A stretch of DNA of 63,876 nt, filler included, from Octopus bimaculoides (taxonomy: Eukaryota), in the NCBI RefSeq assembly GCF_001194135.2. It is 5 parts of 4 records of this genome, joined end to end, with 100 filler letters (N's around TTAATTAATTAA, not from the genome) between each part and the next. Parts side by side here need not be neighbours in the genome. Positions count along the whole stretch, not along the records: positions 1 to 24,434 come from NC_068983.1; positions 24,535 to 28,170 come from NC_068981.1; 3 more parts are not named here. One strand, written 5' to 3'. Position numbers and translations under genes: made by a program. Of the stretch, positions 12,619 to 25,883 are shown piece by piece (within the stretch, counting starts at the first letter, position 1; the number at the start of each line of letters is the position of its first letter). The notes beneath the pieces were generated by a model, which was not told where the DNA came from, searched no databases, and worked only from the letters and a program-made list of their open reading frames with translations.

Positions 12619-13604
12619 TACATACATACATACATATATGGGTATATGCATCGCTAGTTCAACCAACACAACTACTCAACCAACTCAACAACATATTTAC
12701 AAACACCAGGAACTCTTAACTTAAAAATCATGTCGCTTTGTTAGCGGCCGGCTTGAATTCTCTCAAGAAGAACTCAAATAAAATTCAAAGAAACACACAC
12801 ACACACACACACGCGCGTAATTAGGAAGGTAATCTAAGACACTAAAATGTTAAGTAGGTTTTGTTACCGTCCTACACCCAGTAAACTCTCCCACAAGTAA
12901 ACAATACCAAAAGTAATTTATACCATGTTATAACTTTGATCTAATGAAATAGAATATTTAAAAGGAAGCAATACTTAGAATACTTAATAAACAAAAGATT
13001 AGCTCTAAATTTATACGAGTTACACCAGAAAGATAGATCACAGGCGAAAAGAAACTTGCAATATCTAACCTTTAACACATATACACCACCAGGATGAAAA
13101 CTCGGACGAATGACCAACATTCGAGCCAATAAAACGTAAAGCACTCTATTATACTATTATACACAGAACTATTATACTAGCGCAGCATAAAATAGACGAT
13201 GCGCCTTCAAGCTAGCATATGCTCTGTTCACAAGAGATTCAAAGACACCGAAACAAACTTACAGAAGCTTCAGTCGGGATGTTTTTTTTCGGACAACGAT
13301 GATAACGAGCTGTTAAAATGAGCATCATCTGTAGGCCTTCAGAGCTGAACGATGTGCAACAACTGCTTATTATAGAACAGTTAGCTGGACGACCAGTATA
13401 CAAGTGACGTACATCGGCCCGAAGTTTCTAGTAATCGGTATGTATTTTATTGCCTCCGTTGGATGAAAAGCAAAGTCGACTTTGGTGACATTTTAGCTCA
13501 GGACGTAAATGATAGTGATTGAATACCACAAGACATTCTCTTTAACGATTCTGCCAAACCACTGCCTTTAGTTAGAATAGTCTCAAATGATAGGATTATA
13601 TTAA

Positions 13605-13824
13605 CCCTTTAGCAGTCAGATTATTCTGTTAAATGTAATACTTATTTATTTACATTGCTTTGAATTAATCATACATTAGCTCGTAGCTTTGATATTTCAA
13701 TGATGTCATTACTTATTTTTAGAAGGACATTGTAGAGTTGGTGTGAGAGGTCGGATACGGCCAGTTTGAACATAAAACAAGCAAAATATTTGTGCCAGAT
13801 ATGGTTGGTTTCAATGCTGAAGAG
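13605..13824. mobile_element. TTAA-flanked (piggyBac-like) MITE
   Basis: ttaa-ccctttagca ... tgctgaagag-ttaa. A homologous copy lies at 46353-47462. Confidence 0.75.
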
Positions 13825-14650
13825 TTAATAAAACTGTAGTATTTCTACTAACTAAATTTAGACAGACAAGCATCTATTTTATTCGTTTATCAATTTATTT
13901 CTGGTGTGCAGTACATTTCCGCCATCACAGCCACTACTATTACTGCACCCAGACACATATACAACATCCAAGATAAACTTTAGCTAAAATAAATACAAAG
14001 CTGGTAATAAAAATGCCTTGTCATTCCACATGATCACCGTTCTGTATAAAAGTATATTCATCAAGTTTCCTACATTTTTCAACCTTAACCATATGACAAA
14101 AACGGATGTTTTCAATTCAAAGACAATCCTCAATCGATTGAAATGCACAAAGCATTCATTGAAGGTCAAGTGGTGGATCTTAGAAGCACGTGCGGATGCG
14201 CACTCACACACATACACACACATGCATGCGTGCATACATACATACATACATACATACATACATACATACATACTAGAACAACAGTTGATTGTATTGAAAG
14301 GAACATCCTACATCCGTTATAAAACTGAATTGAATTTATATAATCACGGGTTACATGTTAATGCTGATAATGATAAGTTAGCATATCGATGAAATCGGCT
14401 CCAGTATATAACTGGTATATATTTTATCGAACTGGAAGGATAAAGAACAGAGTGGATCACGGAGAAATTTAAAACCATAGAATATGTACCAGGTATTAAA
14501 AAAAGTAAGCACTGGGGTCGATTTCTACGACTAAACCCTTCGGGCGGTACCCCAGTATGGTCGCAGTTCATTGATTGAAGCAATTAAAAGATAAAAGATA
14601 GAAGATATACATGCATGCTAAGCCGATCTAGCCTCTTTCATCTTCCCTTG

Positions 14651-14697
<47 letters not shown>

Positions 14698-14743
14698 ACA
14701 TATATACATATATATATATATACATAGATAGATAGATAGATGT

Positions 14744-14780
<37 letters not shown>

Positions 14781-15055
14781 NNNNNNNNNNNNNNNNNNNN
14801 NNNNNNNNNNNNNNNNNNNNNNNNNNNNNNNNNNNNNNNNNNNNNNNNNNNNNNNNNNNNNNNNNNNNNNNNNNNNNNNNNNNNNNNNNNNNNNNNNNNN
14901 NNNNNNNNNNNNNNNNNNNNNNNNNNNNNNNNNNNNNNNNNNNNNNNNNNNNNNNNNNNNNNNNNNNNNNNNNNNNNNNNNNNNNNNNNNNNNNNNNNNN
15001 NNNNNNNNNNNNNNNNNNNNNNNNNNNNNNNNNNNNNNNNNNNNNNNNNNNNNNN

Positions 15056-15286
15056 NNGCTGAACTGTTAAGTTACAGGAGGCGTGAACAAGCCAATACCA
15101 TTTGTCAAGCAGTGGTAGCGACACAAACACAGACACACGCACGCACGCACGCACGCACGCACACACATACGACGGGCTTCCACACAGTTTCTATCAATCA
15201 GTGGATAGATGCCACCTGTAGTGGGATTGAAGCCGAAACCACATGGTTGCAAAGCGACTTTCTTAACCACACATCCATGCCTTCAC
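15056..15286 (-). mobile_element. SINE family B, partial (abuts gap)
   Basis: gacgggcttccacacagtttc...gaaaccacatggttgcaaagcgactttcttaaccacac matches the 3142-3521 copy. Confidence 0.75.
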
Positions 15287-15317
15287 TGAAGTATAATAAT
15301 AATAATAATAATAATAA

Positions 15318-15504
15318 TCTTTTCTATTCTAGGCACAAGGCCCGAAATTTTGGGGGAGGGGGCCACTCGATTAGATTGGCCCAGTACGCAACTGGATGAA
15401 AAGCAGAGTCGACCTCGGCGGAATTTGAACTCAGAACGTAAAGACAGACGAAATACCGGTAAGCATTTCGTCCGGCGTGCTAGCGATTCTGCCAGCTCGC
15501 CACC
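15318..15504 (-). mobile_element. SINE family A
   Basis: Near-complete reverse-complement copy with a (TAA)n tail on its left. Confidence 0.9.
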
Positions 15505-15831
15505 TAACAACAACAGCAACAACAACAACAACAATAATAGTCAAGGTCGTGTCTATAATAATTGGTGCGTTGAGAACAGTAAGCAAAGATATAGACAAAT
15601 GGTTGAAGGAGATTGGAATAGAATGCTCTATAGAGCTCTCGCAGAAAGTTTCTTAGGAGCAGCAAGGATTATCAAGAGAGTTCTAAGCACTTAGAATATT
15701 ATATGCGTCATCTGCAACAACCTACTGGCTTTGTCATTATCGGGACAGATTTTCTGACTAATAAAATGGATAAAGAATGATTGAAAGAAAAGAAGATAGA
15801 GAACATTTCAAAGTATCTTAAATTTTTAGAG

Positions 15832-18212
15832 CAAGGCTGTCAAACATGCGGCCTGCGGGTCGGAACCGGCCCGCTGCTGGGTTTCATCCGGCCCGCAAGA
15901 TGACTTTGAAAAGTGTAAAAATTATATATTTACTTACTTATTATTATGAACATTGATTGTTTGAGTATGACTGATTTATTTAAAGATTTGTTTAAATATT
16001 GTATTGGAATAAATATATTTTATTGAAATTAATTCAATGACTAACAATGTTTTCCTTTTTTAAGTTAACATTTCTCTCTGTTTTATCTTACCCAAAATGT
16101 CTTTGTCAAAAAGGAGAAAAGTGGATACAGAGTGTAGATTATTTCAAGAAAAGTGGGCCGTTTCCTATTTATTCGTGGAGGTGAATAGGAAACCTGTGTG
16201 CTTGGTGTTTTCGCAGCAGATTTCAGTGCTCAAGGAATATAACATTTGGCGCCACTATGAGACTCATCATGCCGACAAATACAATAACTTGCAAGAACAA
16301 ATGAGAAGACAGAAGGTAAATAAATTGATAGCGGATCTGAAGAAACAACAGCCAAAGCCGAGATATCAGCCAGGCGGCAGTAAAAACTAGCTACCTTGTT
16401 GCTAGAGAAATAGCATTAGCATCAAAGCCGTACTGTGAGGGTGAGTTTGTGAAAACATACATACTGAAGGCTGCACAAATTGTATGCTCTGAGAAGCGAC
16501 AGGTTTTTACCAACATTAGCCTGACGAGAAACACTGTGGCAGGTAGGATTTCAGATATTTCTGCAGATTTGGACAGGCAACTGAAGCACAAATTTCAAGT
16601 AATTTATTGCATTTTCGGTTGCAAATGATGAGAGCGCAAACATTACGGATGTTGCGCAACTGGCCTTAATTCATTCGTGATGTAGACAAGACTTTGATGG
16701 TCACTGAGGAGTTCCTGGAGTTGGTTTCTATGATGGACACCACAACAGCAAATGACATTTTCATCTCTCTCGCTGGAGCGCTGGACAGGGTTGGAGTGGA
16801 CTGGGCCCGTGCTGTCAGCGTGGCTACAGATGGCGCTCCATCAATGATTGGGAAAAAACAGGTGTTGTGACGCAGTTCAGAGAGAAAGTGCAGACTGCAA
16901 ATAGTGGACATGGTTTTTGGATATTTCACTGCATTTTGTACCAGGAGGCATTGTGTTACAAGTCGTTCAAAATGGATCACGTCGTGGAAGCAGTTGTCCG
17001 AACTGCTAATTTCATCCGAACTAGAGGTCTGAATCACCGACAATTTGATAATCTTCTCAGCGATATAGGCGTTACCTATGGTTTGCCATATCACACGAGG
17101 TAAGGTGGTTTAGCCGAGATGCCGTGTTGAAGCGTTTCTTTAATCTACTAGAAGAAATTGAACAGTTCATGGAGAAAAAAGGCAAACCATTGTTAGAATT
17201 TCAATCACCAGAATGGCTGCAAGATTTAGCTTTTATCGTGGATATTACAGAGCACTTGAATAATCTGAATAAAATGCTGCAAGGCCGTAAAAAAGTTGTC
17301 ACACAGTATTTTGAAAGCATACGTGCGTTCAAGTTGAAGCTAACTTTATGGGAGAGACAACCGTCAAGTGGTGACCCTGCTCCTTTTCTTTTTGTCTAAA
17401 AGATGTGATTTTGACCGTAGATAATATTGACATAAATCGGTACAAAGACAATATCACGGAATTGCTGCGAAAGTTTCAGATTTTTGATGAACTTGAGACA
17501 AACTTCACAGTTTTTCGCTCGCTATTTACAGTCAACGCCTCTTATCTGCCCGTCAACATCCAACTTGAAATAATTGTCTTGCAGTGTGATTCAGATTTGA
17601 AGAATAAACTTACCTCGGTGGGCTTGGACACATTTCATCAGTATCTCTTGCTAAAGTGCTCCAAATCGACAGCCCTTGCTGCGAAAGTTTTGAGCATGTT
17701 CGGAACTATCTACCTTTGTGAACAAGTTTTCTTTGTAATGAGCATCAATAAAACAAAGCTGCGCTCAAGGCTCGGACATAAGCACCTAAATGACATCCTG
17801 AATTTGACTGCTACTCAGGATTTGACGCCTGATATTGATGCACTTGTGAAGGAGAAAAGGTGCCACATTTCAGGAACATATTGAAAATGAATGATAAAAA
17901 ATAATAAAAATATTTTAAAATATTTTACAAAGTGTTTTTTTAAATTTATAAATTTTATACATTTAGATGGCAGTGTGATAACTCAGTCTCTTTAGCAGTC
18001 CTTACTTTTACTTGTTCAATGTTTTGCAAAAAAAAAAAATTATTCTTTAAACATGAACATTTTCAGAATGTATTTTTTAACACTAAAACAAAGGGAACAT
18101 TTTGAAATTGTTATTTATAGGTTCATATGCCATGATTTTACTGATCCGGTCCGCTTGAGATCAAATTAGGTTGATATGTGGCCCGTGAACTTAAATGAGT
18201 TTGACACCCCTG
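15832..18212 (+). mobile_element. Full-length hAT DNA transposon, Buster/Charlie (SPIN/OC1/GTF2IRD2-like) group
   Basis: TIRs caaggctgtcaaac (15832) and gtttgacacccctg (ends 18212), 12/14 match. 8-bp TSD ttttagag / ttctagag (7/8) with central TA, as expected for Buster elements. Encodes a disrupted transposase. Confidence 0.95.
16097..17884 (+). pseudogene. Frameshifted hAT transposase
   Basis: MSLSKRRKVDTECRLFQEKW...KEYNIWRHYETHH (BED-like); catalytic-region motifs DES, ATDGAPSMIG, HCILYQEALC, RGLNHRQF, LPYHT/VRW; C-terminal FGTIYLCEQVF. Split over several frames. Confidence 0.92.
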
Positions 18213-18919
18213 TTCTAGAGCCTTAATTTTCTTGATGTTCTTGTATTCTACACTTCAGGAAATGGACCAATCGAACGATGTTGTACAATGTTTCTTTACG
18301 TTTTGTAAGTCTGAAAATTTTAAATGATTGGAGAATATAACTCAGTTAAAAATATCCAGTTACATTTTAATTACTAAACAAAATCTTCCTCTCTATTCTT
18401 GGATAATGAGATCCATGATGTGTTAAATCACCATGTTAGCTGTGTCCAATGTATAATTGTGTCTCGACTCCCAGTCAATACATCACAAGTCATCCAAAAC
18501 AATTCTCTCCACATCATAACAAAATACACCAGACTCACTGATAATTTATGCAGCAAAAGAATAACTCAGACTGAGAGTTATAATTCATATGCATGCTTGT
18601 AATAATACATGCATCATCTGTAATTACATTCGCTTAATTATTTACAAATACATAGAAACCACGGCAATTCTCCAACATATTGCACAATGACATTCTATAA
18701 TCAATTGTCTTTCACATGAAAATATGCGGAACCCATTACTTGTCATAATTTAAAATACAGAATGTATTAGAATTTCTTCTAGTTTACTTTTCATTTATTT
18801 ATCTATTTATTTATCGATTTATTCGTAGGGATTTGGGTGGAAATCGATCTTCTCAGTTCTCTAAATCACCAGACCACTGCTGTGTGTGTATGTGCACGCA
18901 CGCCCGTGCACACACGCAC

Positions 18920-18988
<69 letters not shown>

Positions 18989-18991
<3 letters not shown>

Positions 18992-19210
18992 CGAACTGGC
19001 AGAATTGTTAGCGTATCGCACAAAAGGATTAGCGGCGTTAAGTTCGTTTTTACGTTCTGAGTTCAAATTCCTCCGAAGTCGACTATGCGTTTCATCCTTT
19101 CGGAGTTGATGAAGTAAGTACCAGTCGAGCATTGGGATCGATTGTAATCTACTTACCCACTCCCCACAAATTTCAGGCCTTGTGCCTATAGTAAGAAAAA
19201 TTATTATTGT
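18989..19210 (+). mobile_element. SINE family A
   Basis: ggcgaactggcagaattgttagc...gagttcaaattcctccgaagtcgac...tttcatcctttcggagttgat, with an ATT tail. Confidence 0.85.
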
Positions 19211-20514
19211 TAAGTTTCTGACTATCTCTTCAGAAACAATTTATTCATCCAGACGTTACATTAATGTTAATGATATCGCTGAAACAACATCTCCTCTCAA
19301 TCCTATAAATTCGATCTCTTTCCTGATTGGTTTTACTTGACAAGGAGTTTTGAATGTCCATCTAATGTAACTCAAAATTATGTTAGTTCCTTTACAAATC
19401 TCATTCATCCGGATTCAATATAAAATTATTCACAATAACTCGTCTGTTTCTCTCAAACTGGAAAATAGAGATCATTGTTTGTAGACGAATAATAGTATTT
19501 ATGTATATATTTATTGAAACATTGTTTCAGGCGCCAGTTGAAGTAGGCGGCAACATTAAAAACAGAATTATTGGCCCATTAAGATGACTCTTATGAGAAA
19601 CATAAGGTAGGTCAACATTCTGATTTCAAGGAAAGATTTCATTCAGTTTCTTGGTCACGAAAGTATAACACTTGAATAAGCGAGCAAAGTTTTTATTTTA
19701 GATACCAGAATAGGGGGTAAATAGACATCTATACAAGAACTTCATCCTCCCCACTTGTCAGGATGTAATTAACAATTAAGTTTAATGCTGTTGTTGTTAC
19801 TATCAATTAAATGGCGAATATCTTCAAAATCCTTCATCTAGTCCTATACAAAACCACTACAGCTGTATTCATGAGGATAATTAAAAATATTACAGAGAAA
19901 CCATTACAAACACTAGCTTCTAACTATTTTCAAGTTGAGAGCCCTGAGACACTCGCCGACCACTTCAAGTAAAGTAACTTAACTTTTTATCACAAGCAAA
20001 ATAAATGAAATCTGAATGTTATGGTCTGCTCCTTGTTCTTTTACTGATGTTACTTTATTTAGGTTTTATAAGGCCTAACAAACTTTTTCTAATATCACAA
20101 CAGTGTGTAAAAATAGGAGTGTTTTTATGTGTGTGTGCGCGCGCATGTGTGCTCAATACCACCACCACCAATACATTTAACCTATACATACGTGAGAAGT
20201 TACGTACGTAATTTTTGTTACTGTTGCAGATTGTTAAGTCTATGTCTGTATTATTGTTACGGTATGTTAATGACTTACGCCTCTTACGTAAAGCTACCGT
20301 TGCTATGTAGTCGTCTATAAAGTTATACAAATTCATATTTTCTCAATAGCGTCCAGCAATATATATATATATCAAGCTTAATCTCCTGAAAATGTTATTA
20401 ACTCTTCCTTTCCAGATGGTATACAGACCAGAAATAGCAATGGAAATTTCGAACAAAGAAAAGAATATCCTCTTAGACCCGTTGTAGAACCGAGTGAGAG
20501 AGAGAGAGTGTGGG

Positions 20515-20551
<37 letters not shown>

Positions 20552-22136
20552 AGAGGGAAAGAGAGAGACAGAGAGGGTTTTTAGCTAAGTTATCATCGTT
20601 TGCTATTTGAATCTCTTAAACATTTGACACTGGACTAGAACTTCTTACAGAAGCAACTACTACTCTACTTTGAGGTATTTCAAGAGATATAATAATCATC
20701 TTACGGAATTCTGACGCCCGTGTCTTTCACAAAAAAAACAAAACAAAAAAAACGTTAACAACGTAAATAAAACTGTTCCAATTGGGAATGGACACTGTAT
20801 CGTGAAATTGGGTTTGTTACCAAGCTGTGACTCTTCAATTAATTATCAATTGGTTAAGTAGACATGTAACTTTAAACAAACGGAACGACCCACTGTCTAG
20901 TTCCGTAGGACGGCGCCACACATAATAATCTATACTATATATAATACAGAGATGTGTGTGTAATCGCTTTTCACGTGAAATCGACTTCACCAAATGCTTC
21001 CATACTTGTGATGCGTGAATAATTTGACCTCGGATAAATCTTAGGCTCTTCATTTGATTTTTTTAATTAAAAATAAAAAATACTGCTTTATATTTAAGAT
21101 TCACTTCTTTAAAAAGGTTCCTCAATGTCAACTTCCGGTATTNNNNNNNNNNNNNNNNNNNNNNNNNNNNNNNNNNNNNNNNNNNNNNNNNNNNNNNNNN
21201 NNNNNNNNNNNNNNNNNNNNNNNNNNNNNNNNNNNNNNNNNNNNNNNNNNNNNNNNNNNNNNNNNNNNNNNNNNNNNNNNNNNNNNNNNNNNNNNNNNNN
21301 NNNNNNNNNNNNNNNNNNNNNNNNNNNNNNNNNNNNNNNNNNNTCGTGTGTATGAGAGAGAGAGAGAGAGAGAGAGAGTAAATACTACATACACACCGCT
21401 CTCTCACTCTGTCTCACACACATACACACGCACACACACACCCCTTCACTCACTCACACTCTGTCTCTTACAAACACACACATACATAAATGTATACAAA
21501 CATATTTACAAAGACACACGTGTGTATGCGCGCGCGCGCGTGGGTCGGGGGTTCCACAATCGCCATTTATTTCAATTACTCTTGTGAGGATATTCACGTA
21601 AATCATTTTTTTCATTTAATCCCCATTTTAATTTTCGTAAAAGTTTCCAAGTACCAATGAGGCTTTTTGGCACATCTTCAATTTTCCCCATTCACGAGAG
21701 GCGCCCAGCCATCATTCATCTGAGAGTCCATCTACAGAATGTCCTCAAATTTCTATACAGCATATTTTGCCTTTTTTTCTTCAAGTATATAAGCAACAAT
21801 TTCATTCCCGAGCAACGCCGGGTGCCTCTGCTAGTATTTTATAAATTAGGCATAAAATACTTCAGTAAGTAGAGATGAGCGTTTTGCATAAATACAATGC
21901 ATTACTTTCAATGGAATATGACGTTACAGTTCGGACGTCAAGAATAATATATTCATTCCTCCCAGTTACTGTACTTCTTCAGCCATAATAACAATTTCTA
22001 ACTTAGGTCAAATATTTTGTGCGGAAAAAGTATAATCAGTTTAATTGACTCTAGTTTTATGCTGATATTTGACCTCGGAAGAGTGTAAGTAAAAAAAAAT
22101 CAACTTCTGTGGAATTTAGATTCAAAACTTAAAGAG

Positions 22137-22200
22137 GGTGGCTGTGTGGTAAGTAGCTTGCTTACCAACCACATGGTTCCGGGTTCATTCCCACTGCGTT
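22137..22200 (+). mobile_element. Isolated tRNA-like head of SINE family B
   Basis: gtggctgtgtggtaagtagcttgcttaccaaccacatggttccgggttcattcccactgcg carries A and B boxes. The body is absent. Confidence 0.75.
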
Positions 22201-22673
22201 GCAGATGTAGGTTGTGCGATTTTTGACAAATTGTATGAGCAGAAAATTATTTTCACGTTAATGATACAATATAAAATGCATTTTGGAGCAAAAGTCATGC
22301 ATTTGTGTGTGTGTAGCAATAGCCATTTACGGAATTATACATGGAAAATTAACATTTTTTTTATAAGGAAGAAAGACATTAACTTGTAATGATTAATAGT
22401 TATAGTGTTAAACGTGGGTAGGCAGTGCCTACCTTGCTTAACTTGACGTCGCATCCTCTGGTATGGATATAATGGATGAAAATCTCACAAATATATACAA
22501 AGAGAGGAGAAACTATTTTACTCAATAATGAAATAAAAACCAATCTCATTTGAATTTTTGACTTGAGTGTTTGTACAGCATTAATTAGATTATGAGCTTT
22601 GTTATTTTCTTCATTGGAAGAGAAAATACAAGTTGTTGCATCTATATAATTTTTGTCAATGACAGTTATAGCG

Positions 22674-23040
22674 TTGTTGTTGGTACTCCGTCGCTTCCAG
22701 TTGATCCGACCAATGAAACAGCCTGCTCGTGAAATTAACGTGCAAGTGGCTGAGCACTCCACAGACACGTGCACCCTTAACGTAGTTCTCGGGGATATTC
22801 AGCGTGACACAGTGTGACAAGGCTAACCCTTTGAATTACAGGCACAACAGAAACAGGAAGTAAGAGTACGTTGTGGTGAAAGAGTACAGCAGGGTTCGCC
22901 ACCATCCCCTGCCGGAGCATCGTGGAGCATTAGGTGTTTTCGTTCAATAAACACTCACAACGCCCGGTCTGGGAATCGAAACCGCAATCCTATGACCGCG
23001 AGTCCGCTGCCCCTAACCACTGGGCCATTGCGCCTCCACA
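22674..23040 (-). mobile_element. SINE family C (tRNA-derived, (AAC)n tail), full length
   Basis: The minus-strand head gtggaggcgcaatggcccagtggttaggggcagcggactcgcggtcataggattgcggtttcgattccc is tRNA-like. Homologous to 42698-42860 and 53306-53693. Confidence 0.9.
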
Positions 23041-24478
23041 CAATAATAGCGTATACNNNNNNNNNNNNNNNNNNNNNNNNNNNNNNNNNNNNNNNNNNNN
23101 NNNNNNNNNNNNNNNNNNNNNNNNNNNNNNNNNNNNNNNNNNNNNNNNNNNNNNNNNNNNNNNNNNNNNNNNNNNNNNNNNNNNNNNNNNNNNNNNNNNN
23201 NNNNNNNNNNNNATAAATAAAATAAAGAAGTTTGAACTTAAGAGCGTGTAACAACGAACCAGATAAAGAAAAAAAGAAAAAGAAAATATAGCTCGCCTTT
23301 TCACCGTCTGCTTCGTCACCCCCGCCTTAGCTGATAACGTCAACATATATTATCACATATCTCTCAGTACTTTATACAGTTTAGCTGTACGGAGAGCATA
23401 ATTTATCTTACGATCAGACTCCTTATCGGGGGTCATATGTTTTGAAAACTAAATTTAATACTTGCAGCACATGAAAACAATTTTACTGGCGAAACTGAGG
23501 CGAACAAATTCTTTAAATACTTCAATGCAAAAAAAAAAAAAAAGAAAAACGAAAAGGAAAGAAAGCATTAAAAGACCATTGCGGTTTTAGTGATTGTGTA
23601 ATTTTGTACTAGAAATACTTATGTTTAAATGTATTCTTTGAGAGGATTAATAGAAGCATAAAATAACAAGAAAAACAAAAATCATGACTATTAACACTCT
23701 AATCTTGGAAGTAAATAACTACAGTTTTTTTACGATGATTCGTATGTATAAATATTGGACAAAATAGAACTTCGCAACCAAGAGTGAGTCTTTCTTTACT
23801 CAAGATTTTATAGGCAAGCTTTTTTATATATACAATTAAACTAACTATACCAGCTCTATAAATTTAATCTGTATAACTAAGTGCAGTTTAAATGAATCCA
23901 ATTATATTTTCTTTTTGTTTTTCATAGAGTAACCATTTTATACAGAGTAAACTACGATCCAACAAAAGAGCCTCTTTGCATTCCGTCGATCTGTTATCAA
24001 TAGCAATCAAATCATCCTAAGGTTATACCTTGCCGTTTTGAAGAGGAAAGGGCATATTGGGTAATGTAGTCCTGATAAAAAAAATACAGGATGACTGGAA
24101 CACTTTTGGTCATAAGTCTGCTCTGTTACGGACCGAACTAGGCGAACAACAAGGAAAACAACAACCATGTGATTCAGTCCCATAAATTTTTGAGTTATAA
24201 CTTCACAACTAAAGCACTCCGTTTTCACGAGCTATCGAAGGAGTGGTCATTCAACAGCCAAATCTTCCTCAAATCACATCTAAAAAAAAAAAAAAGGACA
24301 CACTGAAAGTGGGATCTTTTAAAATACTTCCCACCGTCAGAATTTTTAAAAGTTTTCTACACTCATGTAATTTTGCTTGCTGATGATGAAAATCATATTC
24401 ATTTTCTATAGAAATTAATAACAAAAAGTTATAANNNNNNNNNNNNNNNNNNNNNNNNNNNNNNNNNNNNNNNNNNNN

Positions 24479-24490
24479 TTAATTAATTAA
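24479..24490. other. Assembly linker TTAATTAATTAA inside an N gap (also at 28215-28226, 45937-45948, 62534-62545)
   Basis: The identical palindromic 12-mer, which has stops in all six frames, is embedded in Ns four times. Confidence 0.9.
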
Positions 24491-24534
24491 NNNNNNNNNN
24501 NNNNNNNNNNNNNNNNNNNNNNNNNNNNNNNNNN

Positions 24535-24571
<37 letters not shown>

Positions 24572-25163
24572 ATGCATGCACACACATGGAAACATAGTTA
24601 TATGCAAACATACATTCACACACATGCATATATATATATATATGTGTGTGTATGAGTGTGTATGTATGTATGCATGCATGTATATATGTACGTATGTATG
24701 TATGCATGTATGTATGTATGTGTGGTTGTGTATATGAGCGTATTGACATTGCTATTTAATTTAAATAAAGGTGGTTTATTAGAAAGGCGTTAAAGTTAAT
24801 ATGAGTTGGCAGCACATTTGCTGGAGTTGTAAGGACCAATTGATCTAATCTGAATATCTAGAAAATGGAGATGTTCAGTCGATATGAATTGCATCTTTCA
24901 CTTGTCATATCTCTGTGTATTACATTTAGCTGCTCTGTTAATAAATCACCTTTATTTAAATTTATATATAAATACATGATTTGTGTGTGTGCTTGCATGC
25001 GTGTACCCTCAAAAACACATACGCACGCATACACATATAATACACACACACATATATGTAAATATACACATCTGTCTCTATACATGAATATGTATAAATA
25101 TAAATGTGTGTATGCGAATATATATATGTGTGTGTTTGTGTATACATATATAAACACATATAC

Positions 25164-25208
<45 letters not shown>

Positions 25209-25211
<3 letters not shown>

Positions 25212-25815
25212 CAAATTAAAAGGGTAAAGGATTATCAATTTATTAATTAATAAATCAATTAACAATTAATAATTTTTACCAAGCCCATCGGTATGAAAGC
25301 ACCATTATTGGTGGAGAACTTATTTAAAAGCTCATATATATTTATAAACATAATTAAAGGATCAGGAAATATTTTCTTCACCATATACCGAAGTTCAGAA
25401 ATAGCAGCTAAAAAAGCTGAGAATCCCACAGATAGCATCACTTGTAACTCACAAAGGCAAAAACAAGATGAAAAAAACAATGAAAAACTAACCATTCCGA
25501 CGGTTAAGAGTAGACGCGTTCCTGGATTATGATTGATACTCAATTTCCTTCATCAATGTATTCCAGCAGTAAATTTGACTATGCTAGCAAACTGTGCAAG
25601 CATGAACGAGTAACATTCCACACCGACACAGATCTGAAAGCATAACCGAATCCACCTCGGTCAGCCAGTCTAACTGTCCTTCCCTCAAGAAATTACCATG
25701 TGCGCGACAAGTGATACCGCAGAGAATCTGCGTATACTAACAGGGAGTGAATAATTATTACAAATTAAAGGGGTAAAGGATTATCAATTTATTAATTAAT
25801 AAATCAATTAACAAT
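25209..25815. mobile_element. About 600-bp unit bounded by 58-bp direct repeats (Penelope pLTR-like)
   Basis: 25209-25266 and 25758-25815 are identical at 57/58 positions (ttacaaattaaa.gggtaaaggattatcaatttattaattaataaatcaattaacaat). The Penelope assignment is inferred. Confidence 0.6.
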
Positions 25816-25825
25816 CTCCATCGAT

Positions 25826-25861
<36 letters not shown>

Positions 25862-25883
25862 CTTGATGTTTGTTTGTAATTGT

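Noticed and set aside
13263-13309. 47-nt minus-strand segment between ttttaacag and gtaagt
   Set aside because: Weak acceptor, two frames open and no homology; indistinguishable from chance.
22137-22200. tRNA gene
   Set aside because: It has A/B boxes but no complete cloverleaf, and it matches the SINE family B head.
25281-25320. Possible hammerhead remnant on the minus strand of the direct-repeat unit
   Set aside because: The core reads CCAAUAA and the GAAA is absent.
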